From an uncultured Acidobacteriaceae bacterium (GTDB lineage Bacteria > Acidobacteriota > Terriglobia > Terriglobales > Acidobacteriaceae): DNA of 64,000 nt. The notes under the pieces are model-generated. The model was given only the letters and a program-made list of their open reading frames with translations, was not told where the DNA came from and ran no database searches. Location: NCBI GenBank assembly GCA_963803795.1, contig CAWDNT010000008.1, forward strand, positions 972,555 to 1,036,554, in the 5' to 3' direction. This document shows, piece by piece, positions 1 through 8,826 of the stretch (position 1 is its first letter; each line of letters begins with the position of its first letter). A program made the translations under genes and the position numbers.

Positions 1-178
1 CGGCGAAGCCCAGGACTCCCGAGGAAGGATCTCTGCGCGTTGGTCGGCGTAACGTAGATTTGTGCCACGAAACACCCCTGTATGTGCTCGCTGTAGAGAC
101 CTAGGCTGGCGTCGTTTTTCGCTTTATCTTCTGACGCGCACGCACTTTGTGCGCTGCTTTTTGGTTGCCGTGACAGGG

Positions 179-991
179 CTAGTCCTCGGGCCTATCGGTG
201 TCGTTGTACATCGCACAGAAAGCAAGGGTTGGGATGGGCGCGGGATCGCCCGGATTGCGCTCCATACAGAATCGTGTCCAGTGCACCGTCTTGAATTGAT
301 CGATGTAGGCAACACACCCAATGAATCGCAGGTGCGTAACGGTCTCCGGAAGCCCCTGATAGTCGATAGACTCGTTGTCCACTTGACCGGGAAAGAGCGT
401 ATGTCCGAAGGGTGGAGGCTCCTTCGCCTCCCCGCCGACAGGGATGGTCCCAGTGGCGAATCTGACAGAACTGTCACAGAAGAAATTAGCCTCGCGCCCC
501 TCAACTTCCAGCGTTTGATTGGGAATGGCGAAATTCCCGGATTGGATTACTTTGAGTGCGGGGCCGTGACCAAAATTCTGAACGCTGTAGTGCCCTCTAA
601 TTCTGATCTTACCAGAGTGCATCTCAATCGCCTCCAGAGTAATCGGCATACCCAACCCAACCCAGGCTCGTTCGGAGTTCATGGCCGCGTTACTTTGCAC
701 GCGGGTCTGTTTCTGCATTTCCTTCCATTGGCGATGTGTGATGCAAACATAGCCGATAGTGGCCAGGGTATACACGATCAGGAATCCAAGCCCAATAAAC
801 TCCGCCCAAAGCTTGGCATAATCCCAGCCGTCACGCTTTGTCTCGCAGGATATTTGATAGCTCGGGTGGGATGGTGGAATCTTCATGTCAGATGCAACAG
901 CGGGAGGGACCTCGCTTGTTGGATGCCTCTGATCATCGTTGGCATTCTGATCAGTTCGTGGGACGGATGGAACTGGTTGATTGTCGGCCAT
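179..991 (-). CDS. hypothetical membrane-anchored protein (270 aa)
   Basis: Long ORF with varied protein-like composition and one hydrophobic helix (AEFIGLGFLIVYTLATIGYVCI). No family recognised. The opposite-strand ORF 62..1081 is Arg/Cys/Trp-rich and judged a shadow. Confidence 0.45.
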   Translation of the reverse strand: MADNQPVPSVPRTDQNANDDQRHPTSEVPPAVASDMKIPPSHPSYQISCETKRDGWDYAKLWAEFIGLGFLIVYTLATIGYVCITHRQWKEMQKQTRVQSNAAMNSERAWVGLGMPITLEAIEMHSGKIRIRGHYSVQNFGHGPALKVIQSGNFAIPNQTLEVEGREANFFCDSSVRFATGTIPVGGEAKEPPPFGHTLFPGQVDNESIDYQGLPETVTHLRFIGCVAYIDQFKTVHWTRFCMERNPGDPAPIPTLAFCAMYNDTDRPED

Positions 992-1175
992 CTAAAACCT
1001 CACCTCTCTAATCCTGCCATCACAACGCTAGGGCTGGTTTCGTCAGTCAGCGTAGAAGCCACCAAAAAACGGCCCGCGTAACAATCAGTTTAGAAGCGGG
1101 ACATCTTAGCCAGCCTCCAAGACGAGGGGTAACGAAAGACTCTGTTCGTCAGCAGGGGCGGCTCATCCTTGACAA

Positions 1176-1266
1176 GAATTCGGGACAGAATTCGGGGACA
1201 GACGGGACGTTTCCTAATTTTCGAAACTAGGGAATGTCCCGTCTGTCCCCCAGTTTCCCCCAGTTT
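1176..1266. repeat. intergenic word-repeat hairpin (GGGACAGA words)
   Basis: Tandem gaattcgggaca/gaattcggggaca, then a near-perfect inverted repeat ggggacagacgggacgtttcc (1194..1214) / ggaatgtcccgtctgtcccc (1231..1250) around a 16-nt AT-rich loop, then tandem cccccagttt x2. Confidence 0.8.
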
Positions 1267-1302
1267 TACTAGTTTTCTCGCCAGAGGAAGATTGGGTCTG
1301 AT

Positions 1303-1684
1303 TTAACGACGGACGGGAAACGCCTTCATTAGGGCCTGACGAATAAGCCAAGAAGCTGCCTTGGATAGCTCCTCGGGGTGGTCGTCCATATATTTCTGCA
1401 CGACCCTGATCAACTGGTCTCGCGTGATCGCCCTGTCGGAGAGATCCACACCATCATCTTCGTTCAGGTGCTCAGCTACCGCGCTGACGAATCCGAAGCA
1501 GTACCCGGAGTCGTTGGGCTTCCTGCTTCGTTCCCTGCCAGTCGGGGATATCAATCTTCTGTATCGCCGCCTTGCAGGTCACGATGAAGGTGTTTCCGTT
1601 CGGACCAAAAACGCGGTAACACTGCTCTTTCGCTGTGGCGGGAATTACTAAGAACAAAAGTACAAGCGTCAGCCTTGTCTTCAT
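1303..1684 (-). pseudogene. Rap1a/Tai4-like small secreted protein, frameshifted as sequenced
   Basis: ATG 1684 opens a signal peptide (MKTRLTLVLLFLVIPATA...) in one frame (ORF 1472..1759). The domain-like tail SGYCFGFVSAVAEHL...ITRDQLIRVVQKYMDDHPEELSKAASWLIRQALMKAFP lies in another frame (ORF 1303..1554). The frames meet near 1513..1519 (gcccaac), where one nt is surplus. Confidence 0.55.
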
Positions 1685-1820
1685 AAAGGATGCCCGCTCC
1701 TCACACGGAAGCAGTGTAGACGCTTGGGCAGAACAAATCCAATAAGCGGAGCGGCCCATCCTTTGCGCCTTTGCAAAGAATGTGCAGCTCCGGCAGCCTC
1801 GTGAGGGCAGATGCCCTTCT

Positions 1821-2144
1821 CTAAACTCCGGAATTCAGCAAACGCTCGACTCTCTCCGGCTCGCAAGCGATGATCTTCAAATAAGCCTGGGTTGGCCGGT
1901 CCGGTCGCGCGCGCCCTTGCTCCCAGTCTCGAAGCGTGCCAAGAGGGATATGGTAGCGGACGGCGAATTCCTCCTGCGTGAATGCCAGAGCGCGGCGAAT
2001 AATCTTTGCCTGAGGCGTTCGCTTCATCCGCCTGAGATCTTCTGCATTCAACGGCTGCGCCTCGCGGTCAGCGCGAGCGGCCGCCTCGACGGCCGCGGGC
2101 GTCCTAGGCCTAAGCGTTTTGCCTGCAGTAGTCGTCTTGCTCAT
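1821..2144 (-). CDS. XRE-family helix-turn-helix protein, antitoxin-like (MqsA/HigA-type C-terminal HTH)
   Basis: 107 aa. Motif FTQEEFAVRYHIPLGTLRDWEQGRARPDRPTQAYLKIIACEPE is typical of HTH antitoxins of the COG2944 type. Confidence 0.7.
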   Translation of the reverse strand: MSKTTTAGKTLRPRTPAAVEAAARADREAQPLNAEDLRRMKRTPQAKIIRRALAFTQEEFAVRYHIPLGTLRDWEQGRARPDRPTQAYLKIIACEPERVERLLNSGV

Positions 2145-2650
2145 TCTGGGTTGCGGAATCTCGCTTTGGCCATGGGCCGGTCCCGCTCAAATTCCAGCTT
2201 CACACTACTACGGGAAACAAGTAGTCAGTCAACCGCACTCTGACAATAAGTATTTTTTTCACAGCCTGTCTGTGACATCTGACCTTTCGCCCACTGTTCA
2301 AATCAGCGATCATGGTCGAGGCCGTGACGGTCGGCTGCACAGCAAGTCGTCACGCGCTAAGTCCTTTGTTTCACGGATTTTAGTATCTAAGTTCTTTGAC
2401 ATCCGGATTTTGCGGGGAATTTCCCGCTAACTCGGTGATTCTGCTAGACCCAGGGGGGAGGGGGTATCGATTGAACAAGGCGAAGATCGGGCCCAGCCAA
2501 GGTCTTTCCATCGAGTGAACACAAGATTATTTCAGGGCAGAAATCCACATGGCGCAGGCAAACAGCAGGTTCCTCCACTCCGCCGTCGCTGGCGCTCCGA
2601 CTCCGGTCGGAATGACAGGATGGCGGAGGTGACTGCCGTCGCGACCGCGA

Positions 2651-2680
2651 ACAAGAAACCCTCCAGCCGAAGCGGGAGGG
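2651..2680 (-). terminator. rho-independent terminator downstream of csp
   Basis: On the minus strand: CCCTCC-c-GC[TTCG]GC-t-GGAGGG followed by TTTCTTGTT, 26 nt after the csp stop. Confidence 0.65.
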
Positions 2681-2705
2681 TCTGTGACTGCAGTTACCGG
2701 CAGGT

Positions 2706-2909
2706 TTAAGCGCGGACGACGTTGCCCGCCTGAAAGCCTTTGGGGCCTTTGAGCAGATCGAACTCCACGGTCTCACCCTCGTTGAGCGAGCGGTAGCCGT
2801 TCTCCTGGATGGCGGAGAAATGCACGAAGACGTCCTCTCCCGTGGAGCGCTGGATGAAACCATATCCCTTCGCCCCGTTGAACCACTTTACTGTTCCCTT
2901 CTCTCTCAC
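2706..2909 (-). CDS. cold-shock protein, CspA family (67 aa)
   Basis: [15 protein letters not shown] and [11 protein letters not shown] motifs. GTG at 2909 is preceded by AAGGAG at 7-nt spacing, so it is preferred over the ORF-track ATG at 2933. Confidence 0.92.
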   Translation of the reverse strand: MREKGTVKWFNGAKGYGFIQRSTGEDVFVHFSAIQENGYRSLNEGETVEFDLLKGPKGFQAGNVVRA

Positions 2910-3485
2910 TGAAAAACTCCTTTCCCTGATCATTAAGAATTAGTTTCCCGGAGTTCCCGCATCGTAGCTCCGAGACGGAGCGCCCCCTCGAGAAAACCAG
3001 TGAAACTCGGTTGCGTCTCCTGCCAGAGAAATATGTGCCGGAGAAATTGCCCCCAAAGCAAAAGACTCCTCGGTTCTACGACGCGTGAAGAAGATGCGGC
3101 GAGAACTTCCGGAGCCCTGGACCATCGGCGCTGATTTCTACCGCCCTGCTCAAGACATCAACCTGCCTTAACCACTCATTCCCCGACTCTCATCGGTTCA
3201 TGCGCCACAGATAATAAGGACTATTAAATCGTTACGCAAGAAAAATTAGTAAAAATAACCTCGGGTCACATCTGAATCTTTTAACGAAGTATAAGAAACA
3301 GCGCGCCTTAGCCCCTAGACCTTCGTTCCCCGGAGAACCGAAATCCGGCGCAACCCTTTGATAGGATTAGTGAAGATAGCTTTAGTGAAGAACTCTTGCC
3401 CGATCAAACCATAGCTCGCGTTTCCAGCCTAGCAGGCGACGCACCGACCCTCCCCCGGAGCCGCCCTCGCCCGCGTTTCTCCGGG

Positions 3486-4304
3486 ATGGCGATTTCGACC
3501 GCGAAATACCTTCTTCGTACTGACGTGCATACCTTTGCCTTCTCCGTGGCCGCCAACTCGATCCTCTCGTTCTTCCCTTTCGTGGTTCTATTGATGACGC
3601 TCATCCGGCGCGTTTTTCACTCGCGCGTCATGTACGACGTAGTGGTCGAGTTGCTGCGCGATTACCTCCCCACCGGTCAGGAGTTCGTCATCCGTAACCT
3701 GAACGCCATGGTGGACGCGCGCCAGCGAGTGCAGATAGCCTCGCTGATCATCCTGCTCGTAACCTCGACCGGAGTGTTCGTGCCACTTGAGGTCGCACTC
3801 AATCGGATCTGGCGCATCCCCAACAACCGATCTTATTTCGGCAACCAGCTGGTCTCGCTTGGCCTGGCGTTTGCTTGTGGCGTTCTGGCTCTGCTCTCGA
3901 TTGGAATGACCGCAGGGGTTGTACGGCCGTTCGAATTCTTGCTGCGAGGCCACGCCATGGGGTTGGTGCGCTTTGCTGGATTCATCGCGATGAAGGTCTT
4001 CGCCATCGGCGCCAGCATCGCCATCTTTTTCCTCATCTACTGGGTGCTTCCCAACGGGAAGGTTCGGGCGCGGGCCGTGCTGCCCACCGCCATCATCATG
4101 GGCCTGCTCTCGGAAGCGCTGAAGTATGGCTATATCATGGCCTTGCCCCGGCTGAATTTCGCTGAAGTCTACGGGCCCTTCGCACTTTCGGTAAGCCTCA
4201 TGTTCTGGGCATTCCTGACCGGACTTCTTCTGCTTGCCGGCGCGAACCTCAGCGCCGCAGAACATCAGCGTCACTGCCCACCCGAATCGGGAACGACTCT
4301 TTAA
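3486..4304 (+). CDS. YihY/BrkB-family inner membrane protein
   Basis: Six hydrophobic segments and family-like N-terminus (FAFSVAANSILSFFPFVVLLMTL...). ATG 3486 chosen; the ORF is open from TTG 3396. Confidence 0.7.
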   Translation: MAISTAKYLLRTDVHTFAFSVAANSILSFFPFVVLLMTLIRRVFHSRVMYDVVVELLRDYLPTGQEFVIRNLNAMVDARQRVQIASLIILLVTSTGVFVPLEVALNRIWRIPNNRSYFGNQLVSLGLAFACGVLALLSIGMTAGVVRPFEFLLRGHAMGLVRFAGFIAMKVFAIGASIAIFFLIYWVLPNGKVRARAVLPTAIIMGLLSEALKYGYIMALPRLNFAEVYGPFALSVSLMFWAFLTGLLLLAGANLSAAEHQRHCPPESGTTL

Positions 4305-4405
4305 TTCACAGGATCGCTGTGACATCCGTCACTGCACTGGCCCTTGTTGCTGATTAGGATATTCTCGGTTTCCCAGATTCCTTCGAGCAGACATTCATTT
4401 CCCAG

Positions 4406-5065
4406 GTGATGGCTATGTCGGGGAGTTGCTGGCGTCTGCTCGCCGCGTTCTCGCTGATCCTCGCAACGCCGCTGCTGGCCGGGCAAGACACCGCCGTCGA
4501 TCACTCGTCTACCTCAGTCCCCGACCTTCCCCGGAAAGGGTCACCGCTAACGTACGCGGCGCCGATTGGGCCAATCCGGCTCCCTGAGCCTCCTAATCTG
4601 CCCCCGCGCTATCCGAGAAATCCAAGCCCTGGCGCTTTTCGACAACTCGTCCGAGCCGCCGGAATCATTTTCTCAGGTCGCGTCACCTTAATTGGCCAAA
4701 CCGCGAGATCCTCCCGTCCAGATCCAGCCTCCACCGCCATCACTTTCCAAGTCGAACATGCCATCCGCGGCACCTCGACGGGTCAGAGTCTGACGATCCA
4801 CGAGTGGGCTGGCCTTTGGACCAACGGGGAGCGCTACCGGGTCGGTCAGCGCGTTCTATTGTTTCTTTATTCGCCGAGCAAGCTGGGCCTCACTAGTCCA
4901 GTGGCTGGGGGCATGGGCAGATTCGCGATGGATTCCCAGGGCCAGGTCGTGATGGACCCGCAGCACATCGCAATGCTGGGAGCGGATCCGATCCTGGGCG
5001 GAAAAACCATCGTGCCCTATGCCGACTTCGCGCTGGCCGTCGACCGTTCGAGCCGGGAAGAATGA
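4406..5065 (+). CDS. hypothetical secreted protein (219 aa)
   Basis: N-terminal signal peptide (CWRLLAAFSLILATPLLAG). Its stop overlaps the start of the next gene by 4 nt (ATGA). No family recognised. Confidence 0.5.
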   Translation: MMAMSGSCWRLLAAFSLILATPLLAGQDTAVDHSSTSVPDLPRKGSPLTYAAPIGPIRLPEPPNLPPRYPRNPSPGAFRQLVRAAGIIFSGRVTLIGQTARSSRPDPASTAITFQVEHAIRGTSTGQSLTIHEWAGLWTNGERYRVGQRVLLFLYSPSKLGLTSPVAGGMGRFAMDSQGQVVMDPQHIAMLGADPILGGKTIVPYADFALAVDRSSREE

Positions 5066-8000
5066 GCCAGACCGTGACTCTACCGAAGAACATCACCGCA
5101 CGCTCATTCTACTTTCGGCTGGCAACAGCCCTGGCCATCGTCTTCTTATTCGCTGTGCTTGCCCGCGCCGGCGGGCCTGAGTATGTGGCAGGTTCCAGCT
5201 ACTTCGACTCGTCGACTATGGGCCAGCCCATTACCTGGTCCCTCGGCCTGGTGGACTATTACACCGACCGGGGAGATCTCAGCCCCATCCTGCCTAACGC
5301 GGCAGCCAACTTGTTTGTCGCCAACGCCTTCAGCCAATGGACTGCCGTTTCCACCGCAGCCATCACAGCCACCAGCGCCGGCCAGCTTGCCGAAGACGTG
5401 AACGGTACCAATATCGCGGTCAACTCCAACGGAACCGTCACTGCGCCTGCCGATATCACCCCCTCTGCCACGCAATCCCCCGTGGGGATCGTCTACGACT
5501 TCGACGGTTCAGTAACGGACGCCTTGCTCGGCGCCGGCGCCGGTGCTCCTTCGGAGTGCTTCTGGAATGCGGTCTACGGAGGTGTGGACAACTTTGGTGC
5601 GGGGGCGAATTTCCTCCACGCGCTGGTGGTGATCAACGGCCAGTGCGCGCTGCAGTCCTCGCAACTCACTGACGTCGAATACCGGCTGGTTCGAGTTCTC
5701 GGCAGCGTGCTCGGCCTGGGCTGGTCGCAGATGAATCTGAATGTGATCACCTTCAATCCTCCTCCGACGCCCGATGACTACGCCGGATTTCCCGTCATGC
5801 ACTACACCGACCCGGTCGGATGCGTGCCGATCACGGCTTGCTACGCCAATCCTTACCAGCTCGCCTCGGATGATGAGGCTGCGCTGTCGCGGCTTTATCC
5901 CGCTTCGGGGCAGTCCACAAGTACCGCCCGCATTTACGGTTCGGTTTATTTCGTGAACACTGTGGGAGGGATCACCCAACCTATGCAGGGCGTGAACGTG
6001 GTCGCGCGCTGGATTGATCCTTCCACGAACCTGCCCTCGGGCAGGTACGGAGCTTCGTCGGTTTCTGGATTCCTCTTTACCGGCAACGCCGGCAATCCCA
6101 TCACCGGCCTGACTGGCCCGTTGGGAAGTGCCTACAGCGAGTTCGGATCCTCCGATCAGGCGCTGGAAGGATTCTTCGATCTTGGGGGATTGCCGGTCCC
6201 GGGCGGCGCAAGCACCGCGCAATACGAGCTTGCGGTCGAGGCTCTGGATCCGTTGTGGTCTGCCGGCGTGCGTCCCTACGACGTTTCGCAAGTTGCGCCG
6301 TCTGGAACTTTCCAGAGCATTGTGGTGACCGTGGGAGTTGACGGCGACTTTGAGCAGAACATCCTTATGTCGGGCAGCGCGCAGCCGGTTCCTCCGTTTG
6401 CTGAGACTGAGAGTTGGAGCGCGCCAGCCGCGGTTCCCGCCCCAGGTGACTGGGTCGGCTCCCTGAGCGGCTACGGCGAAGTTAACTACTTTCTGATCAC
6501 CGCCCAGGCTAACCGCACGTTGTCGGTAGCCGTCACCGCGCTGGATGAAACTGGCGCGCCCAGCGAATCGAAGACCGCACCTGTGGTTGGCATGTGGACG
6601 CTGGGCGATCCGTCGGGAACCATTCCTCCAACGCTCACCCCAGTCCCATTCAACGTAACCAGCTTTGGCATGAGCCGTCTCGATGCGCAAGTCTTGAGTT
6701 CGAACAGCTTCATCATCGGCATCGCCGACCTCCGCGGCGACGGCCGCCCCGACTACCACTACCACGCCCATGTCCTCTACGGAGATTCGGTCAGCCCGTC
6801 ACGCATCCCGGTCGGTGGGGGAGCGATCACTTTGCAGGGTACCGGCTTTGCGCCTGGGCTCGACGTGGCCTTGGGCAGCACGGGCGCACCACTGCTGGCG
6901 ACCAACGCGAGTCAGCTGCTAGCCGCCGCTCCGCCGCAAAGCGACGGACCTCAAACCATTACCATCAGCGATCCGGTGAGCGGAGCATTCTCGATCATGA
7001 GCAACGCACTGACTTTCGGCGCCGCTTCGACTGACAGCATCGTTTTGTTGCAGGGAGTGAGCCCTCCCACGCCGGTGGGAACTCAGGCCGTCAACCCTGT
7101 GACCGTGCGGGTGGTCGCCGCTGATGGCATGACCCCGGTGAACGGCGCTACCGTGGGTTGGACCACCACCAACGGCGCCACGCTTTCAGCTTGCGTTGGA
7201 GCTTCGGCCTGCTCGGCCACCAGCGACGAAAGCGGAATCGCTTCCACCTGGGTTACGCCCGCAGCTGCGGGGAATGCAGTGATTACGGCCACTCTCGCTC
7301 CCGGCGTCTACAGCCCGGCTCGGTCGGTGGGGTCTACGGTGACCGGTACGTCTCCGCCTTTGGCGATCGGAGTCACCACGCCCAACCTCTGGATCGCTCA
7401 GGGATCAACGCTCAGCGTGCCGCTTACCGCGCTCGTGGTGAACACGGGCACACCGCAAAGTGACGTCAAGGTGAATTTCTTCATCGATCAGGGGTCCGCA
7501 TCGCTGAGTTCCGCGAGCGCGGTGACGGACAGCAACGGTAACGCGTCGGTCACGCTTATCCTGACGAACTTCACCGCCAACGTGCAACTCAGCGCTTGCG
7601 TCGCTCAAGGCAACAGCCCGTGCCAAAACATCTCGGCGAACGCGGTGACGGCGGCCAAGGTCAATCTGCAAGCCGTGGCTGGCGCGGGCCAGGTGGTCAC
7701 GGGAACGTCGTTTCAACCCCTGAAGGTCCGTGCCACCGACTCGTCAACGCCGCCCAATCCAGTCCTTGGGGCGCGCGTGCTATTTCAATCCACTGTGCTG
7801 CGACCGATGGGCAACGATCTAATTCCGGCGCCGGGCAACCCCTCGGTCACGCAAACTGGCATGCCCGTCATCCTCAGCGCCAGCCAGACCCCCGTGCAGA
7901 GCGACGTCAACGGCCTGGCTAGCTTTGTCCCTTCGGTGGGGTCGTTCACGGGTCCGCTGGAGATTGAGATCGAGGTTTCGGCCGGAACGACGGCCGCGCT

Positions 8001-8130
8001 GCAGGACGTGATGGAAACGTTTCCGGGCGGCAGCAGCGGAGACACTTCCGCGCCCATCGGTGGCCTGTGGTACGGAAGTGTTCCGCTGCTTAGGAGAGCC
8101 TCGGGTCGAGCACGCGCGGATGATCGCTGA
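5062..8130 (+). CDS. large secreted protein: degenerate metzincin-like domain, PPC-like domain, IPT/TIG and three Big_1-like Ig repeats
   Basis: 1022 aa with a signal/anchor helix. Residues ~40-280 have matrixin-like landmarks (AFSQWTAVS, VRVLGSVLGLGWSQ in place of HExxHxxGxxH, PVMHY, LASDDEAALSRLYP). Also GDWVGSLSGYGEVNYFLITAQ (PPC-like), PVGGGAITLQGTGFAPG (IPT/TIG), and repeated ...ATSDESGIASTWVTPAAAGNAVITATL-type Ig repeats. Confidence 0.7.
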   Translation: MSQTVTLPKNITARSFYFRLATALAIVFLFAVLARAGGPEYVAGSSYFDSSTMGQPITWSLGLVDYYTDRGDLSPILPNAAANLFVANAFSQWTAVSTAAITATSAGQLAEDVNGTNIAVNSNGTVTAPADITPSATQSPVGIVYDFDGSVTDALLGAGAGAPSECFWNAVYGGVDNFGAGANFLHALVVINGQCALQSSQLTDVEYRLVRVLGSVLGLGWSQMNLNVITFNPPPTPDDYAGFPVMHYTDPVGCVPITACYANPYQLASDDEAALSRLYPASGQSTSTARIYGSVYFVNTVGGITQPMQGVNVVARWIDPSTNLPSGRYGASSVSGFLFTGNAGNPITGLTGPLGSAYSEFGSSDQALEGFFDLGGLPVPGGASTAQYELAVEALDPLWSAGVRPYDVSQVAPSGTFQSIVVTVGVDGDFEQNILMSGSAQPVPPFAETESWSAPAAVPAPGDWVGSLSGYGEVNYFLITAQANRTLSVAVTALDETGAPSESKTAPVVGMWTLGDPSGTIPPTLTPVPFNVTSFGMSRLDAQVLSSNSFIIGIADLRGDGRPDYHYHAHVLYGDSVSPSRIPVGGGAITLQGTGFAPGLDVALGSTGAPLLATNASQLLAAAPPQSDGPQTITISDPVSGAFSIMSNALTFGAASTDSIVLLQGVSPPTPVGTQAVNPVTVRVVAADGMTPVNGATVGWTTTNGATLSACVGASACSATSDESGIASTWVTPAAAGNAVITATLAPGVYSPARSVGSTVTGTSPPLAIGVTTPNLWIAQGSTLSVPLTALVVNTGTPQSDVKVNFFIDQGSASLSSASAVTDSNGNASVTLILTNFTANVQLSACVAQGNSPCQNISANAVTAAKVNLQAVAGAGQVVTGTSFQPLKVRATDSSTPPNPVLGARVLFQSTVLRPMGNDLIPAPGNPSVTQTGMPVILSASQTPVQSDVNGLASFVPSVGSFTGPLEIEIEVSAGTTAALQDVMETFPGGSSGDTSAPIGGLWYGSVPLLRRASGRARADDR

Positions 8131-8185
8131 GGATGGCAACGCCGACAATCAGGAGATAAGCGCGTCGGGGGTTTGTGGACCCGAC

Positions 8186-8722
8186 CTAGATCCGGCCTGG
8201 CGCGCGACGGCGTGGCCGCTGCTTTACCGAAATCGCCCTGATAATCAGCTTGCGGCGCGCTCCAGCGGACATGGGAACTCTGGCTCGGTTGAGCGCCACG
8301 TTGATCAGGGCAAGGACCTCCGGATCATCAAGCACGCTCGCGTCGGGCACGCCCGCGTCGTACAGCCGGATGTTCCGAACCACATTGCCGCTGCCCACCA
8401 GGCGCTTCGCGGGATCATGCAAGCCCGCGCCCTGCAGAAAGCAAAGAGTCACACGGCCCGGAGGCAGAACGATGGAGAAGATTGCCTCTGAAGGCCGCTC
8501 CGTTGGGCTGAAGCCGATGACCAGCCAGTTATAGTTGTCGTAAACCATCTCCATTGCGCCGGGCATAAGCTTGCGCATTTTCCCGAGAGCGCGGCGGGCA
8601 ACAGTCTCGACCTCGGGATCGTATTTCGCAAGGAAGGAATCTAGTTGCGCTTGAGCTTCGGCTTGCGAAAGATCAGAGAGAGCCTGCTTGGCGTTGCGAT
8701 TTGTCGATTTTCGGCTGCGCAT
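8186..8722 (-). CDS. hypothetical protein, DUF1801/YdhG-like
   Basis: 178 aa. The pattern VTLCFLQGAGLHDPAKRLVGSGNVVRNIRL...DPEVLALINVAL resembles DUF1801. The assignment is tentative. Confidence 0.5.
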   Translation of the reverse strand: MRSRKSTNRNAKQALSDLSQAEAQAQLDSFLAKYDPEVETVARRALGKMRKLMPGAMEMVYDNYNWLVIGFSPTERPSEAIFSIVLPPGRVTLCFLQGAGLHDPAKRLVGSGNVVRNIRLYDAGVPDASVLDDPEVLALINVALNRARVPMSAGARRKLIIRAISVKQRPRRRAPGRI

Positions 8723-8826
8723 GAGACTGTTTCTTCAAGGGATCGAGGGACACGGCTTCAACCCGTGCCCTTCCCGATCTTGCCACCATCCACTTATTCA
8801 TTCTTGTCGTGATCTTCCCTCCATTG

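Noticed and set aside
62-1081. 339-aa plus-strand ORF at the window start
   Set aside because: It lies fully antisense to the more protein-like 270-aa ORF 179..991. Its Arg/Cys/Trp-rich, low-diversity composition is typical of a shadow frame in GC-rich DNA.
2145-2260. Short minus-strand ORF upstream of the XRE gene as a degraded toxin
   Set aside because: The hand translation (LLVSRSSVKLEFERDRPMAKARFRNPE and a 37-codon ORF) shows no RelE, HigB or BrnT-like motif.
2444-2863. 139-aa minus-strand ORF overlapping csp and the downstream spacer
   Set aside because: It is out of frame with the clear CspA-family gene and spans its terminator. Its composition is Ser/Arg/Pro-rich.
5509-6771. 420-aa minus-strand ORF inside the 1022-aa secreted protein gene
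   Set aside because: It is an antisense shadow ORF. It is Arg/Gly/Val-rich with no motifs, whereas the plus-strand frame carries recognisable domains.
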